Positions 1 to 11,988 of a DNA stretch of 64,000 nt are shown piece by piece (within the stretch, counting starts at the first letter, position 1; each line of letters opens with the position of its first letter). The translations under genes and the position numbers were made by a program. The notes below the pieces were generated by a model, which saw nothing but the letters and a program-made list of their open reading frames with translations, was not told where the DNA came from and searched no databases. Source of the stretch: Lingula anatina (lineage: Eukaryota > Animalia > Brachiopoda); the NCBI GenBank assembly GCA_051362555.1, contig CM120643.1:3534001-3598000 (forward strand). The letters run 5' to 3'.

Positions 1-653
1 CGAACCCCAACCCCACGCTACCACTGAGCAATATAGCCATCAGTAAAAACGCTAAGACATTTTGTATATTCAATAAGTTTTTTTATTAAGAGCAATAAGC
101 AATACAAATTGCTTTTATGTATTCAATTATTTATAAAACATATATCTGTAAAATATCATCGTCTTCAGTCTTTTTATTACTTCAAGTTAAAAAGCGTTTA
201 GTATCTTAAAGAATATTATGATATTATAGTATAATATTGATGTCTGCATTTAAATTCACTTACAGGTGTAAAAATATAACATTCATATATATTCGACTTG
301 ACGAATAAACTATCTACCACATTAATGGTCTTATGTTTGTTCTTAATGACAAAAACAATATATTTCAACTTCTTCATTGAAATTAAAAAAAAAAACAATG
401 GTGGATCTAGTCTCCGCCCTCCCCGAGGAGAGAGACCCATTCTGGACTCACATGATCAAGTTCTCAAAATACTCCATCTCATCCTAAATGTCAACATCTG
501 ACCCCTTTAAAATGTCCTGGATCCGCCATTGTTTTTCTCTATATAACAATGAAAATTATGAGCTATTTATTAAATGTTATGTTTAGAATAGCACGCTTTT
601 TAAGTCGGACACGTATCGTTAGGAAGACAAAACGGACGTACTTTCGTTGTTAA

Positions 654-876
654 AACCCCCTTTACACTGGACAGCGTCTTTTCTGCGTCCTTTGTGCGAC
701 CATGAAACTGGCATCGCTGTGGTCGTAGAAAGGACGGACAAGCATCACTTTGGTTGCAGAATGAATACTCAATGACAACTCGGCCAGTTGTCGGCACGTA
801 AAGTCTTTCTTTTTCACTATCGAACAGGGCCGTACTACGGGACGCAGAAAGGACGCCGTCCAGTGTAGAGGGGGCT
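654..876. mobile_element. PIF/Harbinger-type MITE (~223 bp), copy A only
   Basis: Imperfect TIR of ~35 bp: aaccccctttacactggacagcgtc... / ...gacgccgtccagtgtagagggggct. Flanked by TAA at 651-653 and 877-879. Absent at the paralogous site near 24735. Confidence 0.85.
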
Positions 877-1020
877 TAAGCAAAAAAAGTGTCAAAATAC
901 GTAAAAAACAAATACAGTGTTTACCCAGCTTTTGACAAAATTGAAATAGTAATGAACATTAGATTATAAAAGAAATATGAAATTGAAAATAAATCCTTAC
1001 AAAAACTATTTAGAAAACAA

Positions 1021-1195
1021 ACTACATGTTCACATATGAAATCTGGGTTAAAATCCAAGGGACAGATCACGATATTTCTCATATTTCCTACATCCATTTT
1101 CAATTAGATAACATACTACATTTACATGAAATCTGGGTTAAAATCCAAGGAACAGATCATGACATTTCTCATATTTCCTACATCCATTTTCAATG
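1021..1195. repeat. Two-copy tandem repeat of ~90 bp (also at ~24890-25075)
   Basis: atgaaatctgggttaaaatccaagg(g/a)acagatca...tacatccattttcaa occurs twice in tandem. This explains the repeated peptide in ORF 1026-1247. Confidence 0.9.
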
Positions 1196-4100
1196 TCAAA
1201 AATCTTGTAAGAAATGTTTTCAACCTTATGAACATAAAATGTTCTAAATACGAGAAAATATCCCTAACTTCTGTATCATCTGGTCAATAGAAGGAAAGGT
1301 GCTGGTTAAAAAGAATTGCCGAAAACAGTTAAATTTGGAAAATAAAACAATTTTCAATCACATAAATGGTCCCATCATCTCTACCCAGAACCTGTATTTG
1401 TTCAACAGATTAATGGCAAAAATATCAGTAATTTTTCATGATAAAACGTGTTATATTTAACAGTGAAAGAACTATGTTCAGAGATAAGTAAAACACGAAA
1501 GTAGTTTCTTTTCCATCACATGAATGGTATTTTCATGTACAAAATCAGTTTTTCAAGAAGGGATTTTTCTCAAATGGAAATGAAATTTCTTAATTCTACA
1601 TACTTCACTTTTGACACAAAATAATCGATCTTGATTCGTAAAATGACATCTCTTACTCAACAAGACAGCAAATTTCAAGAGACGATAATCCTTTTTCTCA
1701 TCTGAACATTAAAAGAAAGGCACACAATGAGTATAAGTCGTTTCGTTTTTGATTTCAGTACATTAGAGAATGAGACTGAAGAATATACTCACACCGGTAA
1801 AAACAGAAATTAAGAAATAAACACTTGGCTTGTAGAATTTAACAGCGGTTTCGATTTCGATACCCAATATTACATAATTCTGAATATTGTAGAAAAACAT
1901 GTTACTTTAAACCTAAGATCTAATAAACGGATATATTAGATCTTAGTTTAAACCGACATTAACTTTGTGTATTTTTGCGTACTTAATTCCTACTGAACTA
2001 GAATGTCACCTCCTGCTGTCTTGCTGAAGAATACCACAAATAGTACCATTTCACATGTGACAATCTTGAAAGTACGATTGTATAGAACATATTTCAGTAC
2101 AATAAAGCAAGTTTTTAACTGATGACCATGCATTCTGATATATCATTACGTTTTAAATATGTTACATTTAATTCGTAAAAGGTCTCAATTTCGTGATGTT
2201 ATATTGAAAAAAAAAAAAAAAACGTAAAAGACACCTTTGGATAGAGCCTTTTCGAATCCGTTCCAAACAGCATTTCGGGCTTTCAGCTTGCCCCCAATGT
2301 CTTGAAAGGTTGATCTTATAATATGTCACCCAGAAATCAATATAACTTCAATTTAGCTTACACATTTTAATGAAATGAAATATTAAATATTAATTTATGA
2401 AATCTTACCAATATTCGAAATGGAAGTGTATTACTATACCTCCTTAGTAGCCTACTTGAATTATGTTCTTTACTTCGGAAATGGAAGTTTGTTACTTTAC
2501 CTACGTCATATTCTTTAATTCCACTACCAACCGTTCACTACATGTAAATATCAACATGCCAATAGCCAAACCCTCACAAGTCATTTCACAGCATTTTCCC
2601 CTCCTTGGCCATTTCTCACGGTAAACTTCCACTGACACTACTATTTCTACCGAAGAAGGTCAAAATACTGAACATGAAGTGCAACTGCATCTTCCTTTGT
2701 TTTATGAGACGTGATGAGATGAAGTGAAGGAGGAAATAAATGGTACGTGGGGGAAAAATATTGGGAAATGATCAAAACCACTCTTAAGCTTTTCAAAAAT
2801 AAACCACAATTAACTTATCACCAAATGCCTAACATTGATTTCTTCAAACGTTATATTGATATGGCTGAAATTACGATATTCGTATACTTAATATCTAGGC
2901 CGCCTTCGCTCCACTTCCTGATCACTCAGCAATGAGGCAGTGATGTCTCCTTGCAGGCTGTCCATCCCATTACATTTATGGTAGGGGAGGTGGCAGGTTG
3001 AAGTGACCGCCTTTCCTTTTCAACTTTCACCAATATTTTACGGATCGAACTTCATTTGTACTTTACAACATTTAAAATACATTGGACGAGTTTGTGATCA
3101 GTACATTTCAAAAATGCCAGACGAAAACTAACTTCAGATCCTTATCAACCCCAAATTGAAACGACATTATGTAGGTCACTAGCTATCTTGATATGACTCA
3201 ATAAGGTCCACTGATTTGAATATCTGAGCAGTTTTTGCTATGTTTGACCAAATAGACTTTACGATAGAGATTGCAGTGTTTTGATTCTGATGCCGTCTCA
3301 GCCATGATTGTGACGGACTCCACAAAATATCACCCCATTGTGTTAGTGAAGACATAATCGAGGCACAGAGGGGGGGATAAAATGTTCATAACGAAATTAA
3401 CTAATAACCCATTGGAAATGACATTATGATATTTTAGTTTAAATTAGATGTCGACGAACCATTCAATAGAGAAAGTTGGATAAAATGGAAATATGTTGAA
3501 ATAAAACGGCACAAATATTATGGGGGGAGGGTATGATGATGGTATAAAAGATTTGGGAGAGTCGGGGAAATAAAGTTTTGAGTGCGTTCGGGTGTTTACC
3601 GGTGTCCTTTAACTTTAACACACCAGGTTATACAAACTTTTACAACTTTTGTCTCTAAAAAAACTGTTCATATTTATTTATTTTTCTTATATAGTTCTAA
3701 CTAAGGTATGTTTCATTTATAGTAATTCACAAAGATGGACTTTGAATTCAAAGATGACGTCTATTTAGAAAGAGCGCCATTACTAAAATCGCAACACTAG
3801 AAAATTAACTGGCAAAGCGTCAACGCTACGAAAGGAACTAAAATTAAAATAAGTTCCAGCAAATGTTATGCTGTTGTTATGCTAGAAAATCATCGTGACG
3901 TTATAATTTAGCGCTGATTAGCGCTTTACTCAATCAAATTCTTCCTCTGAAATGTTGCTCCAATGACTAAAAATGAAGCTTACACACTCGTCTATCATGC
4001 TTGAAATTGAAATTTCACAAAATTAAAAGAGAAAAAAATTATCGGCATTTTTCATTGAAATTAGCGTTTTTACACACAACTAACGCGACGCAACGTAATG

Positions 4101-4882
4101 GCGCGTGAAAAAACGACTTAAAATGTGACAGTGTGTGCCCTACTGTCAGTTACATATAGAACAGAATTTACGACAGAATTTACGTGAAGTCAAAGTTTGC
4201 TATTTTTGAACTACACAAACTGTCGGCGATTATTACATCAAGTATGTTTGCCGACTTGCACGAAATGTTGCACATTTTCATATATGCACTAGGGCCTATT
4301 TGTGCAATTATCCAGAATACATCAGAAAACATAAGACAGAAGTGCTAATGAATGAGATTTAGTGCTTCTGCCGAACTATCCCCATAGGTAATGGGATAAA
4401 AAGAACCGTACAGATTGCGGTTTGAAGGACAGAATGATAAGTTTTTTAATTAAAAAATGATTTTTTTTTTCGAAATGAGATATTTGGGACTTCACAAAGA
4501 AATCTCAACAATATTTCAAAAATGTTCCAGTAACATAGAAAGTTGGGCTAAGGACGTGAGTGTCACCTCTACCTGAGGTGTGCAAAAAGCCGAATACTCG
4601 ATAAAAGCCACATAACGGAGAACGAAGACTGAAATATCGGAGCGCATATATTAACTTGTTTTAATTATTGATAAAAACAGGCTGTTAGTATGACCAATTT
4701 GTAAAACAGCCGATTAAATTCTTGAAACATTGAAAGACTTGAATTGGAATATAATAAAGTTCTTGATTTGCCGGTTTGATTTTTCTATATCATTAAATGT
4801 ATAGTCAAACTATTTTCTTAGCAAACTGCTAACAACACATTTCTAACCGAGGCGTTACTTTCCAAAGTATAAAAAAAAAAAA

Positions 4883-4918
<36 letters not shown>

Positions 4919-5494
4919 GGGGTGGGAGACCTACATGTAGGTCATGCGCGGGAATCTTTCTCTCTGGCAGTTGTCAATGTTGACAGGTATGTAATGGTCC
5001 GGGAGAATAGAGGAAGTTGACTTACAACAGTTTTAATGCTACAGTATTTGACCTCTATCTCAACATGATTGTGACGGTGTCCATGAATTTCATCATATTG
5101 TGCTAGTGAAGACAGCGATAAATGACAGGACGCTGATATGATCATTTATCTTATAATTTCTCCGGTGTGTCATTATAAAATGTTTCTAATGCTCGAAACA
5201 TTTTGTCCTGAATGCACCTATTTCAAAAGTGTCCAAATGTCATGAATTTCATTTATATGAAAAAAGAGTACTATATAACAGTGATAACCGTACTTGAGGC
5301 CCTGCAGGCGATATATTTTTTCTCTGGGAATTCACGTCGAGACGTTGTCCAGGATCGAGAAGCTATTTCTTTCTAAGAAGCTAATTCCTTGTAAAATTTT
5401 ACATATATATAATAACACGCTTTATATTAATGATCATGGGCCTATTTGATCAATACTTTCATCAAGCTTTATTATTTTCTTGCCTTAAAAATTC

Positions 5495-5912
5495 CAGTCC
5501 TGGGGGAATTTTTCCAGTGCGGACGGCTCCTACAATTTCTCTGTAGAATAAAAGAACTCTAACATCTTGTGATTGATAGATATCAATCAAAGCTGTCAAA
5601 TTTGACAGTTTGAGTAAACATACGTCAATCACATCCATACCGCCAAAGAACTTTTATCCCCTGTGATTGATTGGTGTCAATCAAAGCTATCAAATTTGAC
5701 AGTTTGATTGACGGTTAGTTAAACAAACGTCAATCACAATCATCCTGCAACGGAGCTTTTACTTCCTGTGATTGAGAGGTGCCAATCAAAGCTATTAAAA
5801 GTGGATGGCTTGATTGGCAGTTATATAAACAAACGTCAATCATCATACTGGTGATCAAGTATAGCTGTCGAACAATGAATACGCCGTAGAGAGCGCAATG
5901 TCCCCAGGATTA
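5495..5912. mobile_element. Short TIR element with an internal array of three ~100-bp palindrome-containing repeats (paralogue at 29663-30080)
   Basis: Ends are cagtcctgggg / ccccaggatta. Three internal units read gtgattga..gtcaatcaaagct(g)tcaaatttgacag...aaacgtcaatca, and include the palindrome ctgtcaaatttgacag. Confidence 0.6.
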
Positions 5913-6780
5913 TTTAAATAAGTAAATTAAAATATAGGCGAGAGGAGGTAAAAGAACTATTCCGACGTCAGCTTGTTGAGTGATTTAAGGTATACAATAT
6001 ATAAGAAACTAAAGACTTAATATGTTCATCATATTTTAGTCACATTCTGTTTATAATAATTGACTTTTGTGAAATTGCAGGTAGGAAATAATTTTCACCC
6101 TATTTGCAGTATTTTTCTTTTCATTATTTTCTTTTCTTATCTTTCTTTCATTCTTTTTTATTTATATATCTCCGCTTATTATTTATACATTTATTTAGTT
6201 TGTTAAATTTTTGTTTACTTGTTTGCTTGTTTCCAGAAATATGGTTTATATAATTAAGCACTACCAGATTTTTAATTACATTATTTCCCTTAGTCGTGCC
6301 ATGAGTTCCGCACACCGCTGTGGTGAGACTGTGTGGAGTTGGTTGAGTTAGTGGCGTACACGATCACCAAGAACCTCTTCCCTGAAATTCTTGTGGAATT
6401 CGACATGCCAAGTGATCAGCTCGAGGCCGAGGTTAAATATGGCAAAATGGGTCGCTGCACTTGTACACAGCAACTCTATGGCATGGTGTGTGTTCACCCG
6501 TAAGAAAGAATAAGGGAATAAGGCACAGGATAATTACCCACAAGAGGAAAATAGATAAATAATAAATAAATTCACGATAATAAATTATGTTCGCAGTAAT
6601 ACATATGTTAAATCCCAGGTCAAAATAGATAATAATTAGAAGTATTAAAAACCACTTTTAAGATAATGTATTGGCCGTTTTTATACACACTTTGCTTTTC
6701 TGTGACAATATTTAATGGTTTCGTTTGTTGCGTCATTTCAGCTTTGTGCTTTGTGTAGTTGCTTAAAGTAAAAAGACATA

Positions 6781-8071
6781 GGGGAGACCGGGGCTAGTTG
6801 GACCCCGGGGTAAGTTGGCCCCCCGTCAATTTATGAAAAAGTAACTACGAGGTAAAAAAAATTGGCCACATACTCTTGCAAAGTGACCGTAGCCTACAAT
6901 GCTAAGGAAGTGTCGGACGTTAAAAAATTTTACTTAAGCGGTGAGTCGAAATAAACGATTTTTGCACCTAAAAGTAATTTTGTTTTAGAGATTTAAAAAT
7001 CTATTTTCATAGGCTTTTGATCAAATATAAGATATGTATAGGGCATCAAACTGAAGCTCATTGTTTCAAGATCCGCAGAGATGTATCATCTTTGCTCATT
7101 CTAGCACCATAAATGGCTACCATCCTTTAAAATAAATAATGTGCACCCGGGGCTAGTTGGCCCCCTTGACTCGGGGCAAGTTGGACCCTCATATTACCCA
7201 CAAACCCTTGCGCGCAACGCTGTTTGAAATAAACAAGTTGGTGAAATTGACAAAGCTTGCCGGTGTCTATTACCGTCTGATTGATTTTTTAAATTTTCTC
7301 TCTGGTGTCTTTTTGAAAATTTATATTAGAAATATTCTGTTGATTGTAAGTTTTAAAAAGCAAATCCATTGGACTTTCCTTAGAAAAACATTTATTTTGC
7401 CTTAATTCATTGTAAGGGGATTCCCTTTGTATTTATAGTGTTACATGTGGCCCCAAGGGGATTTTCTACCCCTCCCTAGCTAGAGACCATTGTTGAAACA
7501 AAATCAATGGTTTAAAACTGAATTTGTCACTTTCTTTTAAAAAGTAAATTTATTATTCGTTTTTCATTCATTAAAAACATTCTTTATACCATTATTTATT
7601 TATTCTTAATTAAAACAAAACACATTTATTGATAGATATTTTGGTTCTTGCAACACATACCCCCCCCCCCCCCACAACAACGTGACGTACGGAAACCTCA
7701 ATAAATCTGCCTCATTTGAACTGTTTATTCATCAAAGACTCTCAAAAATCAATTAAATAAATTAAAAATTTATAAAAATGTATTCCAAGGCGTTTACATG
7801 GGATATATACTTCATTTTCGTATAGGGGGGCCAACTTGCCCCGACCCTGGGGCCAACTTGCCCCATGGCGGGGCAAGTTGGCCCCCCTGACGTCAACTGC
7901 GTTTTTTGTCAAATTGTGAGCCACCTGGCATTATATTTGAAAAATAATGACGTTGCATACGTAGCTTAGTTCATGGGGCTTACTTTGAAACCGGTTTTGT
8001 TACTAACCCACTCCTAGTTGGCTCTACAAGGCCAAAAGTGTCTAACTGGGCCAACTAGCCCCGGTCTCCCC
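6781..8071. mobile_element. Non-autonomous TA-target DNA transposon (Tc1/mariner-pogo-like), 1291 bp, copy A only
   Basis: Perfect terminal IR ggggagaccggggctagttgg / ccaactagccccggtctcccc. TA duplicated at 6779-6780 and 8072-8073. Copy B has the empty site aaaacaTActcag at ~30766. Multiple subterminal copies of ggggcaagttggcccc point inward from both ends. No transposase ORF. Confidence 0.93.
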
Positions 8072-8164
8072 TACTCAGTTTCTACTCTATATTCGCATAT
8101 TAGGATAACACAAATTTATGTTCACATTAAATGTCTTCATGTCTACCTTTTTTTTAATCATCAG

Positions 8165-8325
8165 CCTGTGATGTAAACAACGAAATTTAGAGAAAGCAGA
8201 CGCGTTTATTATGAGTATCTCCATTCTTATGATTTCGGTTTAGAGATATTCTGTAAGTTATCATTCTTGCATAAGAAAGCACTCTTTCAGTCTGACCTTA
8301 AAAGTTTCCAAAACTAATAAATATA

Positions 8326-8356
<31 letters not shown>

Positions 8357-9017
8357 AATAAAAAAAAAATAAATAAAAGTCATTTCCATTTACATCACAC
8401 ATACCTGACACTGTATTTCTTTATTTCTATATGATAAGGACAGTAGGCTGAGAAAAATATTTGCAGGGGCGGGGGGGGGGGGGATAGGAGTTTATTCCCC
8501 TCCCCACCCCGCCCTTACATTTTCAGCCACGTCAGTTCTTAGCGGAGAAGAGGATGATGGGCCCTGTTCATTTCTTTACGCCTTACATATTTATAAACAA
8601 GTTCTTGATATATTGCATCGAGGATCGAGACCCCAGTCAGTCGATGGCCAACTTCAAGTGAGTGATTTTTTCGTTTCCCCCAACCCCTTCTCCTACTCGG
8701 CGATTCAATGTTTGCACTGATGTCATATTTGCCTGCAGCTTGACAGACGAGACACTTACTTGGCATGGAACACCCCCTGACGTATTTTACTGATAAGGTT
8801 GGACCTAGAGAAGTGGTCAGGAACCCATTACAGAGAACGACTTCTCACTGTCCTTGTTCATCCCCTAGCACCAGGTTAAACATACTATATCTCATAACAT
8901 TGGTTTATAGTCATGTTATTCAATTGATGTTTTCATTCTTACAAAATCATTTGAATGTGGACAGAAATTTGGCTATTTTACAGAAAGAGCTTATATTGTT
9001 ATTATGGTGACGATGTG
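8165..9017 (+). pseudogene. Candidate decayed spliced gene fragment (exons ~8165-8252, 8527-8657, 8739-~8874, ~8945-9017); paralogue at 30859-31691
   Basis: Canonical acceptors (catcag, ttttcag, cctgcag) and donors (gtaagt, gtgagt, gtaagt) occur in both copies. Exons 1 and 2 join in phase. Stops or frameshifts are present in both copies and the product is not recognised. Confidence 0.35.
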
Positions 9018-10016
9018 GTAAGTGTGCTTCTAAATGAAATTAGCTAGAGGATTACGTGGGCTTCATTGCGGCAGTTGCCCCTCTCCCAAAATCTGGGCTT
9101 CATGAATATTTGAAGACAATGCACAAAATGATGATTTAGACTAAAACGAATGACGGGAAAAGGACAACAATAAGCAGAAATTTCGGTATCTTTTATTATT
9201 ACTTTTAGTGTTGGTGTTTTATTGTAGAAAGTGCCCTCACCAATCTTTTATTGCTTTATTCGTTTTTTTATCAACGTATTATGATGGGCCCGGGAATGTT
9301 CAAGTTGGAGCATTGATACAAGATCTGTAAAAGAAAATGGCATGAAGAAGTTCTAGAAAAAAAGGTGTCTGGCGACACCAGTACGCACTTTACATTTTTC
9401 TGTGGGAACAATTCATATTTTTTTCACGAGGAGGGCGCCGTCATCCATCAAGAGAAGACCGGGTGAGGATGATACAGCACTGTTGGACCTATTCATCTGT
9501 TCTGGTTTACCTCTTGCCTGTAGTAAAACGATTTAGTTAAAGCATGGGCAAAATTATTAATTATGACCAAGGTTAAAGCTCAAGTTAGGATTTATGAATT
9601 AATTAAAATTAATTAATTAAAATTTCTTTATCCGCGTCAATATAACCGTCGTCTCCAGTATTGATTTCGCCAGCAATGAAATCCGGTAGAATAATACCGA
9701 GAGCTCAGTCTCATGTAAAAGTAATGATAAATAAAACAATCGCCATTTTATTCTATTAAATAATCTATTTTTGAGAAAGTCTGATACATGCATTATTGTT
9801 TTATATTTACTTCGTCTCTGTGTAACAGCAGCAGAAGTCTTTAAAGAAGTCCTTAAAGCATTGTGTACCCATTGGCTGATTTGTAGCTACCTACAGGGCT
9901 GTCTACTTGTTGTATACCAGTAGTATTAACCTTTTTCATCTTTTGCGGAAATACAAAGTGCGCATGACAGGAACCGCGCGCCACAGGGGTCATGGTGGTC
10001 CTCTGCTGTTTCCAGC

Positions 10017-10175
10017 ATGGCAATGCTAGGTGAAGATGATGTACAAGGTGCGCATATAAAAAGGTCGTATGAAGCGTGCATTGCTTTCTGTCAAACTAAA
10101 AAGGTGGCTGAAGCGCAGAAATGCGTAAACTGTAGGCAAAAAACAGCTATTTGGACGGAGAATCAAGCAATTAAA
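10017..10175 (+). pseudogene. N-terminal remnant of a YqaJ-exonuclease-type accessory gene of the transposon
   Basis: MAMLGEDDVQGAHIKRSYEAC, then after a frameshift QLKRWLKRRNA*TVGKKQ. This resembles the LxEDDIPGA...QLKRWLxCR...GKK N-terminus I associate with ISL2EU exonuclease proteins (recognised from memory, not searched). Confidence 0.5.
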
Positions 10176-11769
10176 TATTTTCTTTCTCAGTTTAAATACG
10201 ATGCGCTTTACAACTAGACTTCACCTAAGCGTCCGAGCCTTGGCTGTACTTTCAATAGTGATGACGAACTAAAGCTTCGGAGTTCTTTTAAATGCTTCCA
10301 ATAATAAAGATATGCGAAAGAGATTTTTTTTTTTTTTATATAAAATCAAAATAGCCAGTAGACTCGTACACAGCTTTCAAGAGTGTGGACAGGTGCGCAG
10401 GCCTACGTCTTCACAATTTTGTACATGTATATATGCAAGCTGTGGCGATATAACCTCATGTACCGGCAGTGTCAATTCATTACGATTTTTATGTCTTGTT
10501 TGAAGGATATCTTAGGAGATTTTTAAAGTGATAAAATGAAAAGATTTCCTGCATTGTTTGACTCGTAGCTACTGTGTGTACAGGTAAAACTGACACGCAG
10601 ATCGTTCGTCGGTGAACTGATTAAATCGATTGGTACCTGATAAGGCATCAGGTGTTACTTGTTCAATTGTTCGGTAAGGCGGGCGGCCACAACTACGACC
10701 TTTCCTCTGTAATTAAAACCTTTTAAGTGTTAAATAGGTGAGACAGGAATTCTCGACTCTTTCCCAGACGATAATTAAAGTTTACCGTGTCTTACTCTAG
10801 TATATGTACAAAATTTACGACAGGTAAAAAATGTCAGCCTTTCGGTCTGACAAGTATGAAAATTTTTTCAAACTGAAACAAAAACAAAATTATAGCAAGA
10901 GGCCAAATTATTTGATTTTTAAATGTTTTCATGCGTATTTTCATCGTTTTCAATCACAGACAATTCAATCATTCAAATAAAGTGTTTCCCACACATTTCA
11001 TACTTTTCAACTATCTAAGACAGTTAAATATACGTAGGCCTACTTTAATACTAAGCATATTTGTATTACTTTACAAATACGTTGTTGGATTATGTTTATT
11101 ATCCATTTTGTCTTTACCATACATGTATTATGTACGTGTAGCTTACAGAAAGGCTTTTCTGCATTTTTTTGTATTTTCCAATTCTCTTGTCATTGAGTTC
11201 AGAAATAAATAACTTTTTATTTCGCCGATAACGCGTTCAACAAGAGCCGATGTACTTTCTTCTTCGTATGTCTCTGTTGATCTTGATAATATGAGCCCCG
11301 TTTGTACAAATCAGTCATACGTATGCGGGACTGAATACATAATAATAAAAATTTTATTAACGTCTCACGTTAAAAAAAATAGAACCCACCCTGCTAAGGG
11401 TTATTAGAGACTAAAACCTGTGATGGGCCTACAACATTTAAAATGATCACTTATCAATAAAACACACACAAAAAGGATATAACATACAAAACTTTTCAAA
11501 CCTTCTCTTTGTTGTTACACAAAAAGTCGTGAAAGTTCTTGAATTTTTTGTTAGTAGAATCTCCGTGTTAAACTTCACAGCTTTTACTTTCTTTTTCCAT
11601 AATCTCATGCTTGAAGTCTTTTCTTAATTTTTAGGCCCCGGCCTATTCTTCAATTTTTTCTTCAAATCTTTATAATGTTTTTTTTTTCTCGCATTTTTCA
11701 CCCCCGAGTTCTATTTGCCGATAGTTCGTTATATCCGTTGTTTAACTAAGCATTTCTGTTTTTTATAAA

Positions 11770-11988
11770 AGCACCGTTGATCTCCTAATATTATAGTTTT
11801 TCTTCCCGCTTTCGAAATGTTCAGCGCAAACGCGGTGCCCTGCTTTTGATCCAAACCTACTATATTTTCCTTTCTTTCTACCATATTTTTCATTCTAACG
11901 GGTTTGTTGGGAACTTATTAAACCTCATGTGTCGATCTTGCTTACTGTTATTGTAGTAGCGTGATAAAAAGCACGTAAACCCAGCCAT
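11770..11988 (-). pseudogene. THAP zinc-finger remnant (transposase N-terminus)
   Basis: MAGFTC..YNNSKQDRHMRFNKFPTNPLE*KIW, then after a frameshift GHRVCAEHFESGKKNY. The THAP signature C...FP...W...C..HF is recognisable despite stops. Confidence 0.8.

Noticed and set aside
4885-4917. (TG)n, (GA)n, (TAA)n and poly-T/G tracts throughout the window
   Set aside because: These are ordinary microsatellites, and their length differences between copies are expected slippage.
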